Translations under genes and position numbers: made by a program | Source: Nitrospinaceae bacterium | GTDB lineage: Bacteria > Nitrospinota > Nitrospinia > Nitrospinales > Nitrospinaceae | Direction of reading: 5' to 3' | NCBI GenBank assembly: GCA_965237905.1 | Contig: OZ250172.1 | Span: 1,920,001-1,984,000, forward strand | Length of the DNA stretch: 64,000 bases | The notes under the pieces: generated by a model | Databases searched by the model: none | What the model was told of the DNA's origin: nothing | What the model saw: the letters and a program-made list of their open reading frames with translations, nothing else | In this document: piece after piece, positions 53,079 through 63,688 of the stretch | Numbering within the stretch: position 1 is the stretch's first letter | Layout: every line of letters begins with the position of its first letter

Positions 53079-54212
53079 ATGGACATAGAAAAAATACGCA
53101 AAGAGTTTCCGGTGACGGATCATCGGCTGTTCATGGATCACGCTCGCGTCGCGCCATTGCCGCGGCCGGTGCAGGCGGCTATTACCGCTTTCGCCGAGGA
53201 AGCGTGCGAGCAGGGCACGGCGCATTACGGTGAATGGTTGAAGGAAGTGGAAATCGTCCGCGCCCGCTTCGCGAAGCTCATCAACGCCGAGCCGGGGGAA
53301 GTGGCGTTCGTCAAGAATACGTCGGAAGGACTCTCCATCGTCGCCAACGGCATCGATTGGAAAGAAGGCGACAACGTGGTGATCCCGGACATCGAGTTTC
53401 CCGCCAACGTCTACCCGTGGATGAACCTGAAACGCCGGGGCGTGGGAGTCCGCTTCGTAAAGGCCGTGCGCGGTCGCGTGCCGTTCGAGCAGATCACCGC
53501 CCAGGTCAATTCCCGGACGCGCGTCCTCTCGATCAGTTCGGTCGAGTTCAATAGTGGTTTTCGTAACGACCTCAAACGTATCGGCGAATTCTGCAAGGAA
53601 AAAAATATTTACTTCTGCGTCGATGCCATACAATCGCTCGGCGTGATCCCCATGGACGTGAAGGAGTGTAATATTGATTTCCTGGCGGCTGACGGCCACA
53701 AATGGATGCTGAGCGTCGAAGGGTTGGGCGGGTTCTACATTTCCAAACGGGTACTGGACGACATCCATCCCGCCGTAGTGGGATGGGACAGCGTCGTCAA
53801 TTCCGCCGATTACGGCAACTATGACTTTACGCTGAAGCCGGATGCCAGCCGCTTTGAGGAAGGATCGTTCAACACTCTAAGCATCTACGCCTTCGGTGCC
53901 GCGCTGGCACTTTTGGAAGAAGAGGGCATCGATCACATCGAGAAACGCGTCCTGCATCTGGGCGACTGCATTCTTGAATACCTGCGCCACGGCAAGTTCA
54001 AAATCCTCAGTTCCACCGAACCGGGCGAACGTTCCGGCAGTGTCTGTTTCGCGGGAGACATGGACTATAAAAAACTGGCCCCGTATTTAAGGGAGCGGAA
54101 GGTCATCGTTTCCGTGCGCGACAATTTTGTGCGCCTGTCCCCGCACTTCTACAACACCGAAGAGGAAATAGACCGCTTCTTCACCCTCCTTGACGAGTTT
54201 CTGAAACAATAA
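53079..54212 (+). CDS. Class V PLP aminotransferase / lyase
   Basis: KNTSEG, VDAIQ, DGHKW, RLSPHFYN; no SufS-type RxGHHC motif. Confidence 0.88.
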   Translation: MDIEKIRKEFPVTDHRLFMDHARVAPLPRPVQAAITAFAEEACEQGTAHYGEWLKEVEIVRARFAKLINAEPGEVAFVKNTSEGLSIVANGIDWKEGDNVVIPDIEFPANVYPWMNLKRRGVGVRFVKAVRGRVPFEQITAQVNSRTRVLSISSVEFNSGFRNDLKRIGEFCKEKNIYFCVDAIQSLGVIPMDVKECNIDFLAADGHKWMLSVEGLGGFYISKRVLDDIHPAVVGWDSVVNSADYGNYDFTLKPDASRFEEGSFNTLSIYAFGAALALLEEEGIDHIEKRVLHLGDCILEYLRHGKFKILSSTEPGERSGSVCFAGDMDYKKLAPYLRERKVIVSVRDNFVRLSPHFYNTEEEIDRFFTLLDEFLKQ

Positions 54213-54319
54213 AATTTATTTAACGGTCAAGCGGACTCTGGAGAGGCAGGCCAATGCCCTTTGGACACCTTGGCGTACGCTCCAGCTTTAAATTGATAAA
54301 GGGTTAACGTATTGTTACA

Positions 54320-55027
54320 ATGGAGATTGTGTCAGATCTGAAAACAATTGCTATTACTCAATCCAATTATATTCCCTGGAAGGGGTATTTTGATGTCATT
54401 CATTCGGTTGACGAACTGGTTTTGTATGATGACGTTCAGTTTACCAAAGGGGATTGGCGAAACCGAAACCGAATCAAAACCCAGGGGGGGTTGAAGTGGT
54501 TAACAGTTCCGGTTGAAGTGAAGGGGAAATATACCCAGAAAATCATGGATACGCGTATTAGCGACCCACGTTGGGCCAGGAAACACTGGGAAGCCATTCG
54601 CCACAGCTATTCGAAGGCCGAGTTTTTTAAGGATTACCGGGAGTTATTCGAGGAATTGTACCTCACTTGTAATGAGGAATTTTTAAGCCGGGTCAATCTT
54701 CGTTTTCTTGAGGCGGTCAACCAGGTGTTGGACATCAAGACCGCGATCCGCTGGTCCAGTGATTTTAAACTACCGGAAGGAAAAAATGAGCGGTTGATTT
54801 CGATATGCCGGGAAGCAGGGGCGACGAAATATATTTCAGGGCCTGCCGCTAAGGAGTATTTGGATGAATCCGTTTTTCGGCAGGAGGGCATCGAGGTGGA
54901 ATGGATGGATTATTCGAATTATCCGGAGTACCGTCAATTATTCCCCCCGTTTGAGCATGGGGTGTCAGTTCTGGATCTTTTATTTAACGAAGGCTCCGAT
55001 GCGAAAACCTTTATGAAGAGTTTTTGA
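54320..55027 (+). CDS. wbqC: WbqC-family protein
   Basis: QSNYIPWKGYF, DDVQF, WRNRNRIK, WLTVPV, SVLDLLFNEG. Confidence 0.9.
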   Translation: MEIVSDLKTIAITQSNYIPWKGYFDVIHSVDELVLYDDVQFTKGDWRNRNRIKTQGGLKWLTVPVEVKGKYTQKIMDTRISDPRWARKHWEAIRHSYSKAEFFKDYRELFEELYLTCNEEFLSRVNLRFLEAVNQVLDIKTAIRWSSDFKLPEGKNERLISICREAGATKYISGPAAKEYLDESVFRQEGIEVEWMDYSNYPEYRQLFPPFEHGVSVLDLLFNEGSDAKTFMKSF

Positions 55028-55035
55028 TTGCGATC

Positions 55036-55971
55036 ATGCGTCTTTCCCTTGTAACTACTTTATACAATTCTGAATCCCACCTCCAGGAGTTTTACGATCG
55101 GATCAGCAAGTGCGCGCAGGATATCACGCACGACTATGAGTTGATCCTGGTTAATGACGGTTCGCCGGACAACTCCCTTGAATTAGCCATTTCTCTCCAT
55201 GAAAAAGACCAGCGAGTGAAGGTCGTCGACTTATCCCGAAATTTTGGACATCATAAAGCCATCATGACGGGTCTTTCCTATGCGCAATCGGATTATGTAT
55301 TTCTGATTGACAGCGATTTGGAAGAGCCTCCAGAAACCCTGAAATCCTTTTGGGAGGAAATTCAGAGTTCAAAAGATCTGGATATGGTTTTCGGGGTTCA
55401 GGGAAAACGAAAAGGCGGGTGGTTTGAAAAGATTTCCGGTTCTATTTTCTACGGATTCATTAATTTGCTCAGTGATATTAAAATACCCAGAAATTTCCTG
55501 ACGGTTCGATTAATGACTGCCAGATATAATGAAAACCTCATTCGTTGCAAAGAACGTGAAATTAATTTTAGTACCTTGACCGAGTTGACCGGGTTCGAAC
55601 AAAAAGCTGTGGCGATTGAAAAGGATAGCGGTAGCCCTTCCACATATTCACTTCTTATGAAATTTTCAATTCTGGTTAATGCCCTCACTTCTTCCACCAT
55701 AAGGCCACTATGGATTATATTTTATTTGGGTTTGGGAATAACTTTGATCTCCTCGGTTTTTATTTTAAAATTATTAATTGACAGAGGAGTGTATGGTGTC
55801 GGGTTGGAGGGGTGGACCTCGGTGATTGTCTCGATTTTCTTTTTTGGCGGGTTGATAATTTTTGTACTGGGAGTTATTGGGATATATTTATCCAAAATTT
55901 TTATTGAATCCAAGCATCGGCCTTACACTGTGATCAAAAAATTATATGGGTTGAATGAAGGCATCCTGTAA
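55036..55971 (+). CDS. GT2 polyprenol-phosphate glycosyltransferase (GtrB/ArnC-like)
   Basis: VNDGSPD, SRNFGHH, DSDLEEPP, two C-terminal TMs; alternative start TTG 55024. Confidence 0.9.
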   Translation: MRLSLVTTLYNSESHLQEFYDRISKCAQDITHDYELILVNDGSPDNSLELAISLHEKDQRVKVVDLSRNFGHHKAIMTGLSYAQSDYVFLIDSDLEEPPETLKSFWEEIQSSKDLDMVFGVQGKRKGGWFEKISGSIFYGFINLLSDIKIPRNFLTVRLMTARYNENLIRCKEREINFSTLTELTGFEQKAVAIEKDSGSPSTYSLLMKFSILVNALTSSTIRPLWIIFYLGLGITLISSVFILKLLIDRGVYGVGLEGWTSVIVSIFFFGGLIIFVLGVIGIYLSKIFIESKHRPYTVIKKLYGLNEGIL

Positions 55972-56039
55972 TTTCTCAATCTTCCCAGGCACGACAGCCC
56001 TGAGTTTTTGCTTATTTTTGTTTGAATTTTGGACACCCT

Positions 56040-56843
56040 ATGGAATTCGTGAAGATTGATCCTCCTGGAGCCTTTTGTTTTAATGAAGCGGTATTGGATA
56101 TCCTGCAAAGGAAGCTGGGTGGTTGGGATCCCGATGTTCATTTTATAGAGGTGGGGTGTGGTGGTGGCGGATTATCCAAAATTCTATGTGAAAAGGGCTT
56201 GCGGGGTGTGGGGATTGATTTTTCGATTCAAGCCATCGAAATTGCGAAGGAAAATCTCAGTCAGTTTATTGCGTCGGGGCAATATCAATTAACCCAAGCG
56301 GATTTTATGAAGGAAAACGAGTTGGTTGAATGGAATCACCAGGCCGACCTGGTGTTCAGCATGATGGTAATGGAGCATGTTAAAGATGAAGACCTTTTCA
56401 TAGAAAACCTGTTGCGGTTAGTGAAGCCTGGAGGGTATTGCCTGCTTGCGGTTCCTGGCAGAAAAGACCATTGGGGTTACGAGGACGAAACAGTGGGGCA
56501 TCTCAGGCGTTACGACAACGGCGATTTGAAGCAGGTTATGGAAAAGGGTGGATTGGCCCAAGTGGAAATCCTGTCAGTAGGGGTTCCCGTTGTTAATTTA
56601 TTGTATGGCATTGGAAATTTTATTATCAAAAGAAGTGACGATAGGAAAAAGCTGAAATGGTCAACCCGCCAGCAGACGGAAGCCAGCGGTATCCGGGGAA
56701 TTCCTTTCAAAACGGTGTTCCCTTCCTTTTTTAAAATTATCCTGAACCGCGTAACCCTTTACCCGTTATTTATTTTGCAGCGACTTTTTTATAATACCAA
56801 CCTGGGTTTGACCATGCTCGGGATAGGAAAGGTAAAGGAGTAA
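56040..56843 (+). CDS. Class I SAM methyltransferase
   Basis: EVGCGGG, VMEH, GHLRRY. Confidence 0.85.
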   Translation: MEFVKIDPPGAFCFNEAVLDILQRKLGGWDPDVHFIEVGCGGGGLSKILCEKGLRGVGIDFSIQAIEIAKENLSQFIASGQYQLTQADFMKENELVEWNHQADLVFSMMVMEHVKDEDLFIENLLRLVKPGGYCLLAVPGRKDHWGYEDETVGHLRRYDNGDLKQVMEKGGLAQVEILSVGVPVVNLLYGIGNFIIKRSDDRKKLKWSTRQQTEASGIRGIPFKTVFPSFFKIILNRVTLYPLFILQRLFYNTNLGLTMLGIGKVKE

Positions 56844-56896
56844 GACCTTATTTGATTTTAAAATATCAAAAATCCTGTTTTTCAGATAATCAATTG

Positions 56897-57523
56897 ATGA
56901 AATCGACAGAAATTAAAATTAAAGTTTCCGAATATTATACGGAAAAATTGAATCAATGGGGCGCTACTTCCCAAGGCGTGGATTGGAATTCCAAGGAATC
57001 CCATGAAATCCGTTTTGAGCAATTGTTAAAGGTTTGTGATTTCTCAAAGCCATTTTCTATCAACGATTTGGGATGTGGTTATGGTGCCTTGTATGGTTAT
57101 ATGGCCGAACGAGGGTATGATTTCGAATATCATGGATATGATCTGTCAGAAGCCATGATTGAAAAGGCCCGATCTCTATACGGAGAAGGAGAAAACGGTC
57201 GTTTTGATCAAAGCGATGTCCTTGAGAAGGCGGATTACACCACAGCCTGCGGGCTGTTCAATGTCAAGATGGATGTTGATCCTAAGGATTGGGGGGAATA
57301 TATTCTCGGCGTTCTGGATAAAATCAACCAGGCCAGCCATAAAGGGTTTTCTTTTAATGCTCTGACTCGCTATTCGGACAAGGAGTATATGAAAGATAAT
57401 CTTTATTATTCCGATCCCTGTTTTTATTTTGATTATTGCAAAAGAAATTTCTCTTCCCATGTCGCGCTATTGCATGATTATCCTTTATATGAGTTTTCCA
57501 TCCTCGTCAGGAAGGACACTTAA
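56897..57523 (+). CDS. Class I SAM methyltransferase
   Basis: NDLGCGYG, GYDLS. Confidence 0.85.
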   Translation: MKSTEIKIKVSEYYTEKLNQWGATSQGVDWNSKESHEIRFEQLLKVCDFSKPFSINDLGCGYGALYGYMAERGYDFEYHGYDLSEAMIEKARSLYGEGENGRFDQSDVLEKADYTTACGLFNVKMDVDPKDWGEYILGVLDKINQASHKGFSFNALTRYSDKEYMKDNLYYSDPCFYFDYCKRNFSSHVALLHDYPLYEFSILVRKDT

Positions 57524-58185
57524 TGGCAAATATTGTAATATTTGGAGCAGGAGAGATCGCGGAAATCGCGCATTTTTACTTCAAGCACGATAGCGATCAC
57601 CATATTTCTGCATTTTGTGTGGACCGGGACTATCTGGAAAGCGACCAAATTTGCGGTCTGCCGGTGGTTCCCTTCGAGGAAATTGACACGCATTATCCAC
57701 CGGCGGACCATCAAATGTTTGTGGCGCTGAGTTACTCTAAAGTCAACGCCCTCCGAGCGGAAAAGTATCAGGCGGTTAAAGCCAAAGGTTATCAAGTGGT
57801 CAGTTATGTCAGTAGTAAGGCGACGGTCTGGCCAGGACTTAAGGTGGGAGAAAACTGTTTTATTCTGGAGGACAATACCATTCAACCGTTTGTCACTATT
57901 GGAAACAATGTGACGTTGTGGAGCGGAAATCACATTGGGCATCACTCCTGTATCCAGGATAATTGTTTTATCGCATCCCATGTGGTCGTATCGGGGGGCG
58001 TGACGATTGAAGAAAATTGTTTCCTGGGAGTGAACGTCACTTTGCGTGATCATATTACTTTGGGGCGGAACTGCGTTATCGGCGCAGGAGCTCTGATCCT
58101 TCAAGACACGGAAGAAAATGGCGTGTATTTAGGTACAGCGGGAGAACGTTCCCGGGTTCCCAGCAATCGGTTAAAAAAAATATAA
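57523..58185 (+). CDS. NeuD/PglD-like hexapeptide sugar acetyltransferase
   Basis: IFGAG N-domain, hexapeptide repeats, HIGHHS. Confidence 0.88.
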   Translation: MANIVIFGAGEIAEIAHFYFKHDSDHHISAFCVDRDYLESDQICGLPVVPFEEIDTHYPPADHQMFVALSYSKVNALRAEKYQAVKAKGYQVVSYVSSKATVWPGLKVGENCFILEDNTIQPFVTIGNNVTLWSGNHIGHHSCIQDNCFIASHVVVSGGVTIEENCFLGVNVTLRDHITLGRNCVIGAGALILQDTEENGVYLGTAGERSRVPSNRLKKI

Positions 58186-58198
58186 GTTGTAAGGCGAT

Positions 58199-59032
58199 GT
58201 GATGACACCCAAAAATAAATTTTATGGAAATACTCGCCAAGCTGAAGTCCATGATGAGATGGAGCGTTGTGTAGAGGAAATCAAGGCGGTTGGGTATTCC
58301 GTTCTTGGAAAGGTTACGCCCGAAAGCGAATTAAAGAAATACAGAAGCAAGATTGATGAAGTTTATCGCCGGCAGGAGGAAGAATTAGGGCGCGATTACC
58401 TGACTGAAATTAATGAATTACATATAGCGCGGGCTTTGTTGGCTTATGATGATTATTTTTTAAGGCTTGTGACGCATGACAACACTTTGGGAATCGTTGA
58501 AAAAATATTAGGTAATTATTTTATTATCAATCTTCAGAATGCCATCATTAGTTTGCCGGATCAGGAACATCACCAAAGTGCCTGGCATCGGGATTTGCCT
58601 TATCAAAATTTTGTCATCAGTAATCCCATTGCCCTAAACGTATTTTATTGCATTGACGAATTTTCTGAGAAGACTGGGGGAACGGAACTTGTTCCGTTTA
58701 CGCATCGAATGGACAGTATTCCTTCTGAGGAATATATAAACAAGCATAAGGTTATGCTCCATTGTCCTGCGGGTTCGGTAGTGATTTTCGATTCGATGTT
58801 GTTGCACAAGGCTGGATACAATTCATCTGAAAATATCCGCCGAGGTGTGAATCATATTTTTTCTGTTCCCATTATGAAGCAACAATATGATTTCCCCGCC
58901 ATGTTGAAGGGAAAGTTTAGTGAAGACCCCTTTCTCAATCGATTGCTGGGTTATGACAGTCAGGTTCCTTCCAGCATCGTTGAATGGAGACAGCTTCGTT
59001 ATCAAAAAATCAAACAGAGACAGCAAGGATGA
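58199..59032 (+). CDS. PhyH-family 2OG-Fe(II) dioxygenase
   Basis: WHRD, GGTELVPFTH, LLHKAGYN..RR. Confidence 0.88.
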   Translation: MMTPKNKFYGNTRQAEVHDEMERCVEEIKAVGYSVLGKVTPESELKKYRSKIDEVYRRQEEELGRDYLTEINELHIARALLAYDDYFLRLVTHDNTLGIVEKILGNYFIINLQNAIISLPDQEHHQSAWHRDLPYQNFVISNPIALNVFYCIDEFSEKTGGTELVPFTHRMDSIPSEEYINKHKVMLHCPAGSVVIFDSMLLHKAGYNSSENIRRGVNHIFSVPIMKQQYDFPAMLKGKFSEDPFLNRLLGYDSQVPSSIVEWRQLRYQKIKQRQQG

Positions 59033-59937
59033 GATGGAAGAAGCTGGGTCAGGTGTTTGTGCCCGATAACCACCATCCCTGGATGCGAACCCATGCCGCC
59101 AATACCGTTGCCGAGCATTTGGCGGACGACTTGTTTCGAGTCTATTTCAGTTGCCGGGATGAAAAAAATCGATCCAGTATCGGATCCATCGACGTGAATA
59201 TCAACCCTCCCTTTAAAGTTAAAAGAATTTCCGAGAAGCCGGTTTTGGTCCGGGGAGAGGCAGGGTTGTTCGATGACAGCGGGGTATCCCTTTCGTGTAT
59301 TACAACCGTCAGTGGTAAAAAATTCATGTATTACCTGGGATGGAATCTGGGGGTAACGGTTCCCTGGAGAAACAGCATCGGTTTGGCTGTTTATAAGGAA
59401 CAGTCGGGTGAATACGGAAAATATGGAAAGGCGCCACTGCTGGACCGGTGTGAGGTGGATCCCTATTCGATATCGTATCCATTTGTCATGAAAGACGGGG
59501 GTGTATACCGGATGTGGTACGGGTCCAACTTGGCTTGGGGGAAAGATCAAAAGGAGATGGCGCATGTCATAAAATATGCCGAATCGAACGACGGGATTGA
59601 TTGGAAACGCGATGGAAGCATCGCGCTCAACTTTAAAAACGATCAGGAATATGCCATGTCCCGGCCTTATGTGATCAAGGAAGAGGGAATTTACAAAATG
59701 TGGTATTCCTACCGGGGAGAGGCTTATCGCATTGGTTATGCAGAGTCTTCAGATGGAGTTCAATGGATTCGAAAGGACGAACTTGTGGGGATCGATGTCT
59801 CCTCTGAGGGATGGGACAGCGAATCGGTGGAATACCCGTTTATCTTTGATCATAGAGGGCAACGGTACATGCTCTATAATGGAAACGGCTATGGGAAAAC
59901 GGGGTTCGGGCTGGCGGTTCTCGAGCAAAACCATTAA
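59029..59937 (+). CDS. Beta-propeller glycoside hydrolase-like protein
   Basis: Repeated P.V..dG.Y.MWY / YAESxDGxxW blades; ATGA overlap. Confidence 0.75.
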   Translation: MRWKKLGQVFVPDNHHPWMRTHAANTVAEHLADDLFRVYFSCRDEKNRSSIGSIDVNINPPFKVKRISEKPVLVRGEAGLFDDSGVSLSCITTVSGKKFMYYLGWNLGVTVPWRNSIGLAVYKEQSGEYGKYGKAPLLDRCEVDPYSISYPFVMKDGGVYRMWYGSNLAWGKDQKEMAHVIKYAESNDGIDWKRDGSIALNFKNDQEYAMSRPYVIKEEGIYKMWYSYRGEAYRIGYAESSDGVQWIRKDELVGIDVSSEGWDSESVEYPFIFDHRGQRYMLYNGNGYGKTGFGLAVLEQNH

Positions 59938-59954
59938 CCGGAAAGAGGTTGGGC

Positions 59955-60317
59955 ATGCATTACCTTTATATTTTGATTACCATTGTTTTGACGGTCTACG
60001 GACAGCTGGTGGTGAAATGGCAGGTCAGTCTGGCCGGCGCCCTTCCCGCTTCCAACTGGGAAAAGATTCTATTCCTGAGTAAACTGTTGATCAATCCTTG
60101 GGTGATAAGCGCAATGGCGGCTGCCCTTCTGGCGGGTATGGCTTGGATGGCCGCAATGACCAAACTCCACCTTTCTTATGCCTATCCGTTTATGGGATTA
60201 ACTTTTATACTGGTTCTGATATTGAGCGGAGTTTTCTTTGACGAGCCCATGAATTGGCAGAAGACAGTGGGTGTTTTGTTGATAATGGGCGGCATTGCTT
60301 TGAGTAGCCAGGGATGA
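59955..60317 (+). CDS. EamA/SMR-like (ArnE/F-type) small transporter or flippase
   Basis: 4 TMs, GQLVVK, LSYAYPF, FFDEP. Confidence 0.8.
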   Translation: MHYLYILITIVLTVYGQLVVKWQVSLAGALPASNWEKILFLSKLLINPWVISAMAAALLAGMAWMAAMTKLHLSYAYPFMGLTFILVLILSGVFFDEPMNWQKTVGVLLIMGGIALSSQG

Positions 60318-61192
60318 GGGTTTGCCCGCAGTGCCAACAGAGTCCGTTGGCGGAAAACTGGAGGTGTCCTTCCTGCCACTATCAGCCTCTCCATAAAGAT
60401 GGATTTGTGTTGTTTGCTCCCGACTTGGTGGAAGAGTACAAAGGTTTTCCTCCAGAAAGATATCCTTTATTGGCCAAGCATGAGTCCGATAATTTCTGGT
60501 TCCGTTCCAGAAACAAATTGGTTCTCTGGGTTCTAAAACGTCACTTTCAAAATATGGAAAATTTTCTGGAGATTGGATGTGGAACCGGATTTGTCTTGTC
60601 GGGAGTGGCTTCCGCTTTTTCTGAAGTGAGCTTGAGCGCCAGTGAAATCGACTCCGCCGGTCTTCCATTCGTACGTCAAAAAGTGCAGAGCGCCGACATA
60701 TTTCAAATGGACGCCCGGCAAATTCCATTTAAAGAAGAATTTGATGTGATTGGTGCTTTTGATGTGATTGAGCATATTGAAGAAGACGAAAAGGTGTTGG
60801 GTCAAATTTATAACGCATGCAAGCCAGGAGGTGGGGTGGTCATTACAGTGCCCCAACATCCCTGGCTGTGGAGTGAAGTGGATGTCTTTTCCCATCACAA
60901 GAGACGATACACGAGAAAAGAGTTGGTTGGCAAAATGAAAGAGGCCGGTTTCGAAATTATAGAAACGATCTCTTTTATGTCTCTCCTGCTGCCTGCGATG
61001 TTATTGTCACGTTTAAAAAACACATCCAAAAATGATTTTGATCCCATGCGGGAATTTTCAATGCCAAAATTCATCAATCGGGTACTGGAAAAAATAATGG
61101 ATATCGAGCGGGTTTTAATTCAGGTGGGCCTGGGTTTTCCAGGTGGGGGCTCTCTCCTTTGCGTGGGAATAAAGAATAAAAACTATGACTGA
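60314..61192 (+). CDS. Class I SAM methyltransferase with N-terminal CxxC pair
   Basis: CPQC..CPSC, EIGCGTG, FDVIEH, HKRRY. Confidence 0.88.
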   Translation: MRVCPQCQQSPLAENWRCPSCHYQPLHKDGFVLFAPDLVEEYKGFPPERYPLLAKHESDNFWFRSRNKLVLWVLKRHFQNMENFLEIGCGTGFVLSGVASAFSEVSLSASEIDSAGLPFVRQKVQSADIFQMDARQIPFKEEFDVIGAFDVIEHIEEDEKVLGQIYNACKPGGGVVITVPQHPWLWSEVDVFSHHKRRYTRKELVGKMKEAGFEIIETISFMSLLLPAMLLSRLKNTSKNDFDPMREFSMPKFINRVLEKIMDIERVLIQVGLGFPGGGSLLCVGIKNKNYD

Positions 61193-62330
61193 AGACAGTA
61201 AGATTCCATACAATCGGCCTTTTATCGTCGGTAAGGAGCTAGAGTATATCTCGCAAGCGGTGATGGAGCACGGCCATATTTCCGGCAACGGTCCATTTAC
61301 CAAAAAATGCCAGACGTGGTTGGAGCAAAACCTGGGTTGTCCTAAAGCATTGCTCACCCATTCTTGTACGGCAGCATTGGAAATGGCCGCAATTTTGTGT
61401 GATATCCAACCGGGGGATGAAGTGATTATGCCTTCCTTCACTTTTGTTTCCACCGCCAATGCTTTTGTTCTGCGTGGAGGGGTGCCTGTGTTTGTCGATA
61501 TCCGTCCCGATACTTTGAACTTGAATGAAGAGCGGATTGCCTCCTCCATCACTGCTAAAACAAAGGCCGTCGTTCCGGTACATTACGCGGGTATCCCCTG
61601 TGCGATAGATGAAATCCTGGGTATCGCCGAGAAAAATAAATTGTTGGTGATAGAAGATGCCGCTCAAGCTTATTTGTCCCGGTACAAAGGCCGGTCCTTG
61701 GGAACCCTGGGTCACCTGGGATGTCTCAGTTTTCATGAGACCAAAAATATTATCAGCGGAGAAGGTGGAGCTCTGTTGATTAACGATGAACGGTTGATGG
61801 ATCGGGCTGAAATCATCTGGGAAAAAGGAACCGATCGCAACCAGTTCCTTCGAGGAGAAGTAGATAAATACTCATGGCAGGATATCGGGTCTTCCTATCT
61901 TCCAAGCGAATTGGTCAGCGCCTTCCTCTATGCACAGCTGGAAAAGGCGGCGTCTATAATTTCAAAACGTTCCAAGGTGTTTTTTATTTATTATGAAGGT
62001 TTAAAAGATCTCCAGGACAAAGGATGTATTCAACTGCCCCGCCTGCAGGAGGGAACGGATGGCAATGCGCACATTTTTTTCATTGTGGGCTCAGATGTCG
62101 AACAAAGCCGCCGCCTGCTCGAGCACCTCAGATCGAAAAACATTGATGCCATTACCCATTATGTTCCACTCCACTCCTCGAAAGCCGGTAAAAAGTATGG
62201 AAAGGTCTCAGGAAAGATGACGGTAACGGATGATATGAGTCGGAGGGTAATCCGGCTCCCCTTATTTTACGGCATACAGGAAAAAGAGGTGGACCGAGTG
62301 GCCCAAGCCATCAGGGATTTTTTCAGTTAG
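61185..62330 (+). CDS. wecE: dTDP-4-amino-4,6-dideoxygalactose transaminase
   Basis: SCTAALEM, EDAAQ, SFHETKN, EKGTDR, GSSYLPSE. Confidence 0.92.
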   Translation: MTEDSKIPYNRPFIVGKELEYISQAVMEHGHISGNGPFTKKCQTWLEQNLGCPKALLTHSCTAALEMAAILCDIQPGDEVIMPSFTFVSTANAFVLRGGVPVFVDIRPDTLNLNEERIASSITAKTKAVVPVHYAGIPCAIDEILGIAEKNKLLVIEDAAQAYLSRYKGRSLGTLGHLGCLSFHETKNIISGEGGALLINDERLMDRAEIIWEKGTDRNQFLRGEVDKYSWQDIGSSYLPSELVSAFLYAQLEKAASIISKRSKVFFIYYEGLKDLQDKGCIQLPRLQEGTDGNAHIFFIVGSDVEQSRRLLEHLRSKNIDAITHYVPLHSSKAGKKYGKVSGKMTVTDDMSRRVIRLPLFYGIQEKEVDRVAQAIRDFFS

Positions 62331-62353
62331 TTTTGCTGGGGAGAGTTGTTTCC

Positions 62354-63688
62354 TTAATGGAGAGGGGCGGCAGATTCGGAAGAGGCTGATTGAGACGGAT
62401 TGAGGGAAGCAAACGGCAGAGCCATGATGAAATACATGAGAATAATGGTTTCCGAATCGTAAAAATTATTTTCAAACATTCCTGCCACCAGGAATGCAAT
62501 GACTGCCGCGGCCGATCCGAAGACCACCCAACGTTCGTTTGCGTCAGGTGGGATTTGCCTGGATCGCCGAATCAACTGCACAAAGTAAACCACCCAAATA
62601 GAAAGCCAGGCGCATAAGCCGATGGCCCCGGTATCTACGGCAATTTGTTCGATATTGTTGTGCAGGTGCTTGTATTTTTGGAGTATCGGATGTTCCGGAT
62701 ATTGATCGGCGACGACAAACAAACATTTGAATCCACACCCTGTTAGTGGATAATCTTTGAAAACATCCCACCCGGCTTTCAACAGCATAATACGCTCACT
62801 ATTGGAAGTTTCCTGAAAGTTGGTTATGCTTTTTAAGCGTTCCGCAAGAGTGTGGGGACCAAAAATAAAAATCAAGCCGACCAGTAAAATAGGAACCAGA
62901 ACAAGCACTTTTTTCCTTATAAATAAAAGAAAGATCGCCGCCACAAATAAACCGAGCCAGGCTTGCCGGATCAGGGTCAGAACCATCGCTCCTCCCAAAA
63001 ACACTAAAGCTCCAATCAAAAAAGTTTTGGAAGCTCGGGAATCGAAAAGAATCCGGGCCAGGACCAGCGAGGCGGTCAACATAATTATCACGGAATAGGT
63101 CATGATATTGCTTAAAGAACCATGGACGCCAATACGACTCCAGATACCTTCTGGGTGAGTGAGTCCCTGAAAAATTCCGTAAGCCGCCGACACAATGCCT
63201 GCTGCAATCATAATATCCACAAGAAAATTCAGTGAGCTGACGTTTTTTAGGAAACGGATTCGGGTTTCAATGAAATTCCGTATCTTTGGAATTTTTAATC
63301 GTTGCGACAAGTCAGTGAGGAAGTCCATGGGTCGTGTCAAGGCCAGCGCATTCATTACCCAGAAAAAAACAATCGCCTTGAGGAGTTTTTTCAGGCCCGA
63401 AAGACTGAGTTCAGAATCAACTGCGGTCACTACCGATAACACACCAGCCAGAAAGAACAGTGCTATCGGCCAGATCAGAATAAATCTTGTTTTGTTCCAG
63501 GAATGGGTGAGATGTGTCTGGACCAACCATGCGGCGACCCCGGCATAGGCGGCGGCTTGGGTGATACTGATAGAAAAGGTGTAAGCCAGAGTGAATAGAA
63601 TAAAACAGAAGGTCAATAGTGCATTCGCAATCCGTAATATTGTGCTGGAGGTTTTCGAGGTAATGGCGGGCGTTTGTTTTGAAGTCAA
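62354..63688 (-). CDS. O-antigen ligase family membrane protein
   Basis: Multiple TMs, RQAWLG, PLTGCG, HLHN. Confidence 0.82.
   Translation of the reverse strand: MTSKQTPAITSKTSSTILRIANALLTFCFILFTLAYTFSISITQAAAYAGVAAWLVQTHLTHSWNKTRFILIWPIALFFLAGVLSVVTAVDSELSLSGLKKLLKAIVFFWVMNALALTRPMDFLTDLSQRLKIPKIRNFIETRIRFLKNVSSLNFLVDIMIAAGIVSAAYGIFQGLTHPEGIWSRIGVHGSLSNIMTYSVIIMLTASLVLARILFDSRASKTFLIGALVFLGGAMVLTLIRQAWLGLFVAAIFLLFIRKKVLVLVPILLVGLIFIFGPHTLAERLKSITNFQETSNSERIMLLKAGWDVFKDYPLTGCGFKCLFVVADQYPEHPILQKYKHLHNNIEQIAVDTGAIGLCAWLSIWVVYFVQLIRRSRQIPPDANERWVVFGSAAAVIAFLVAGMFENNFYDSETIILMYFIMALPFASLNPSQSASSESAAPLH

Noticed and set aside
53079..54212. Calling this gene sufS/iscS
   Set aside because: The catalytic Cys loop motifs (RxGHHC or SSGSAC) are absent.
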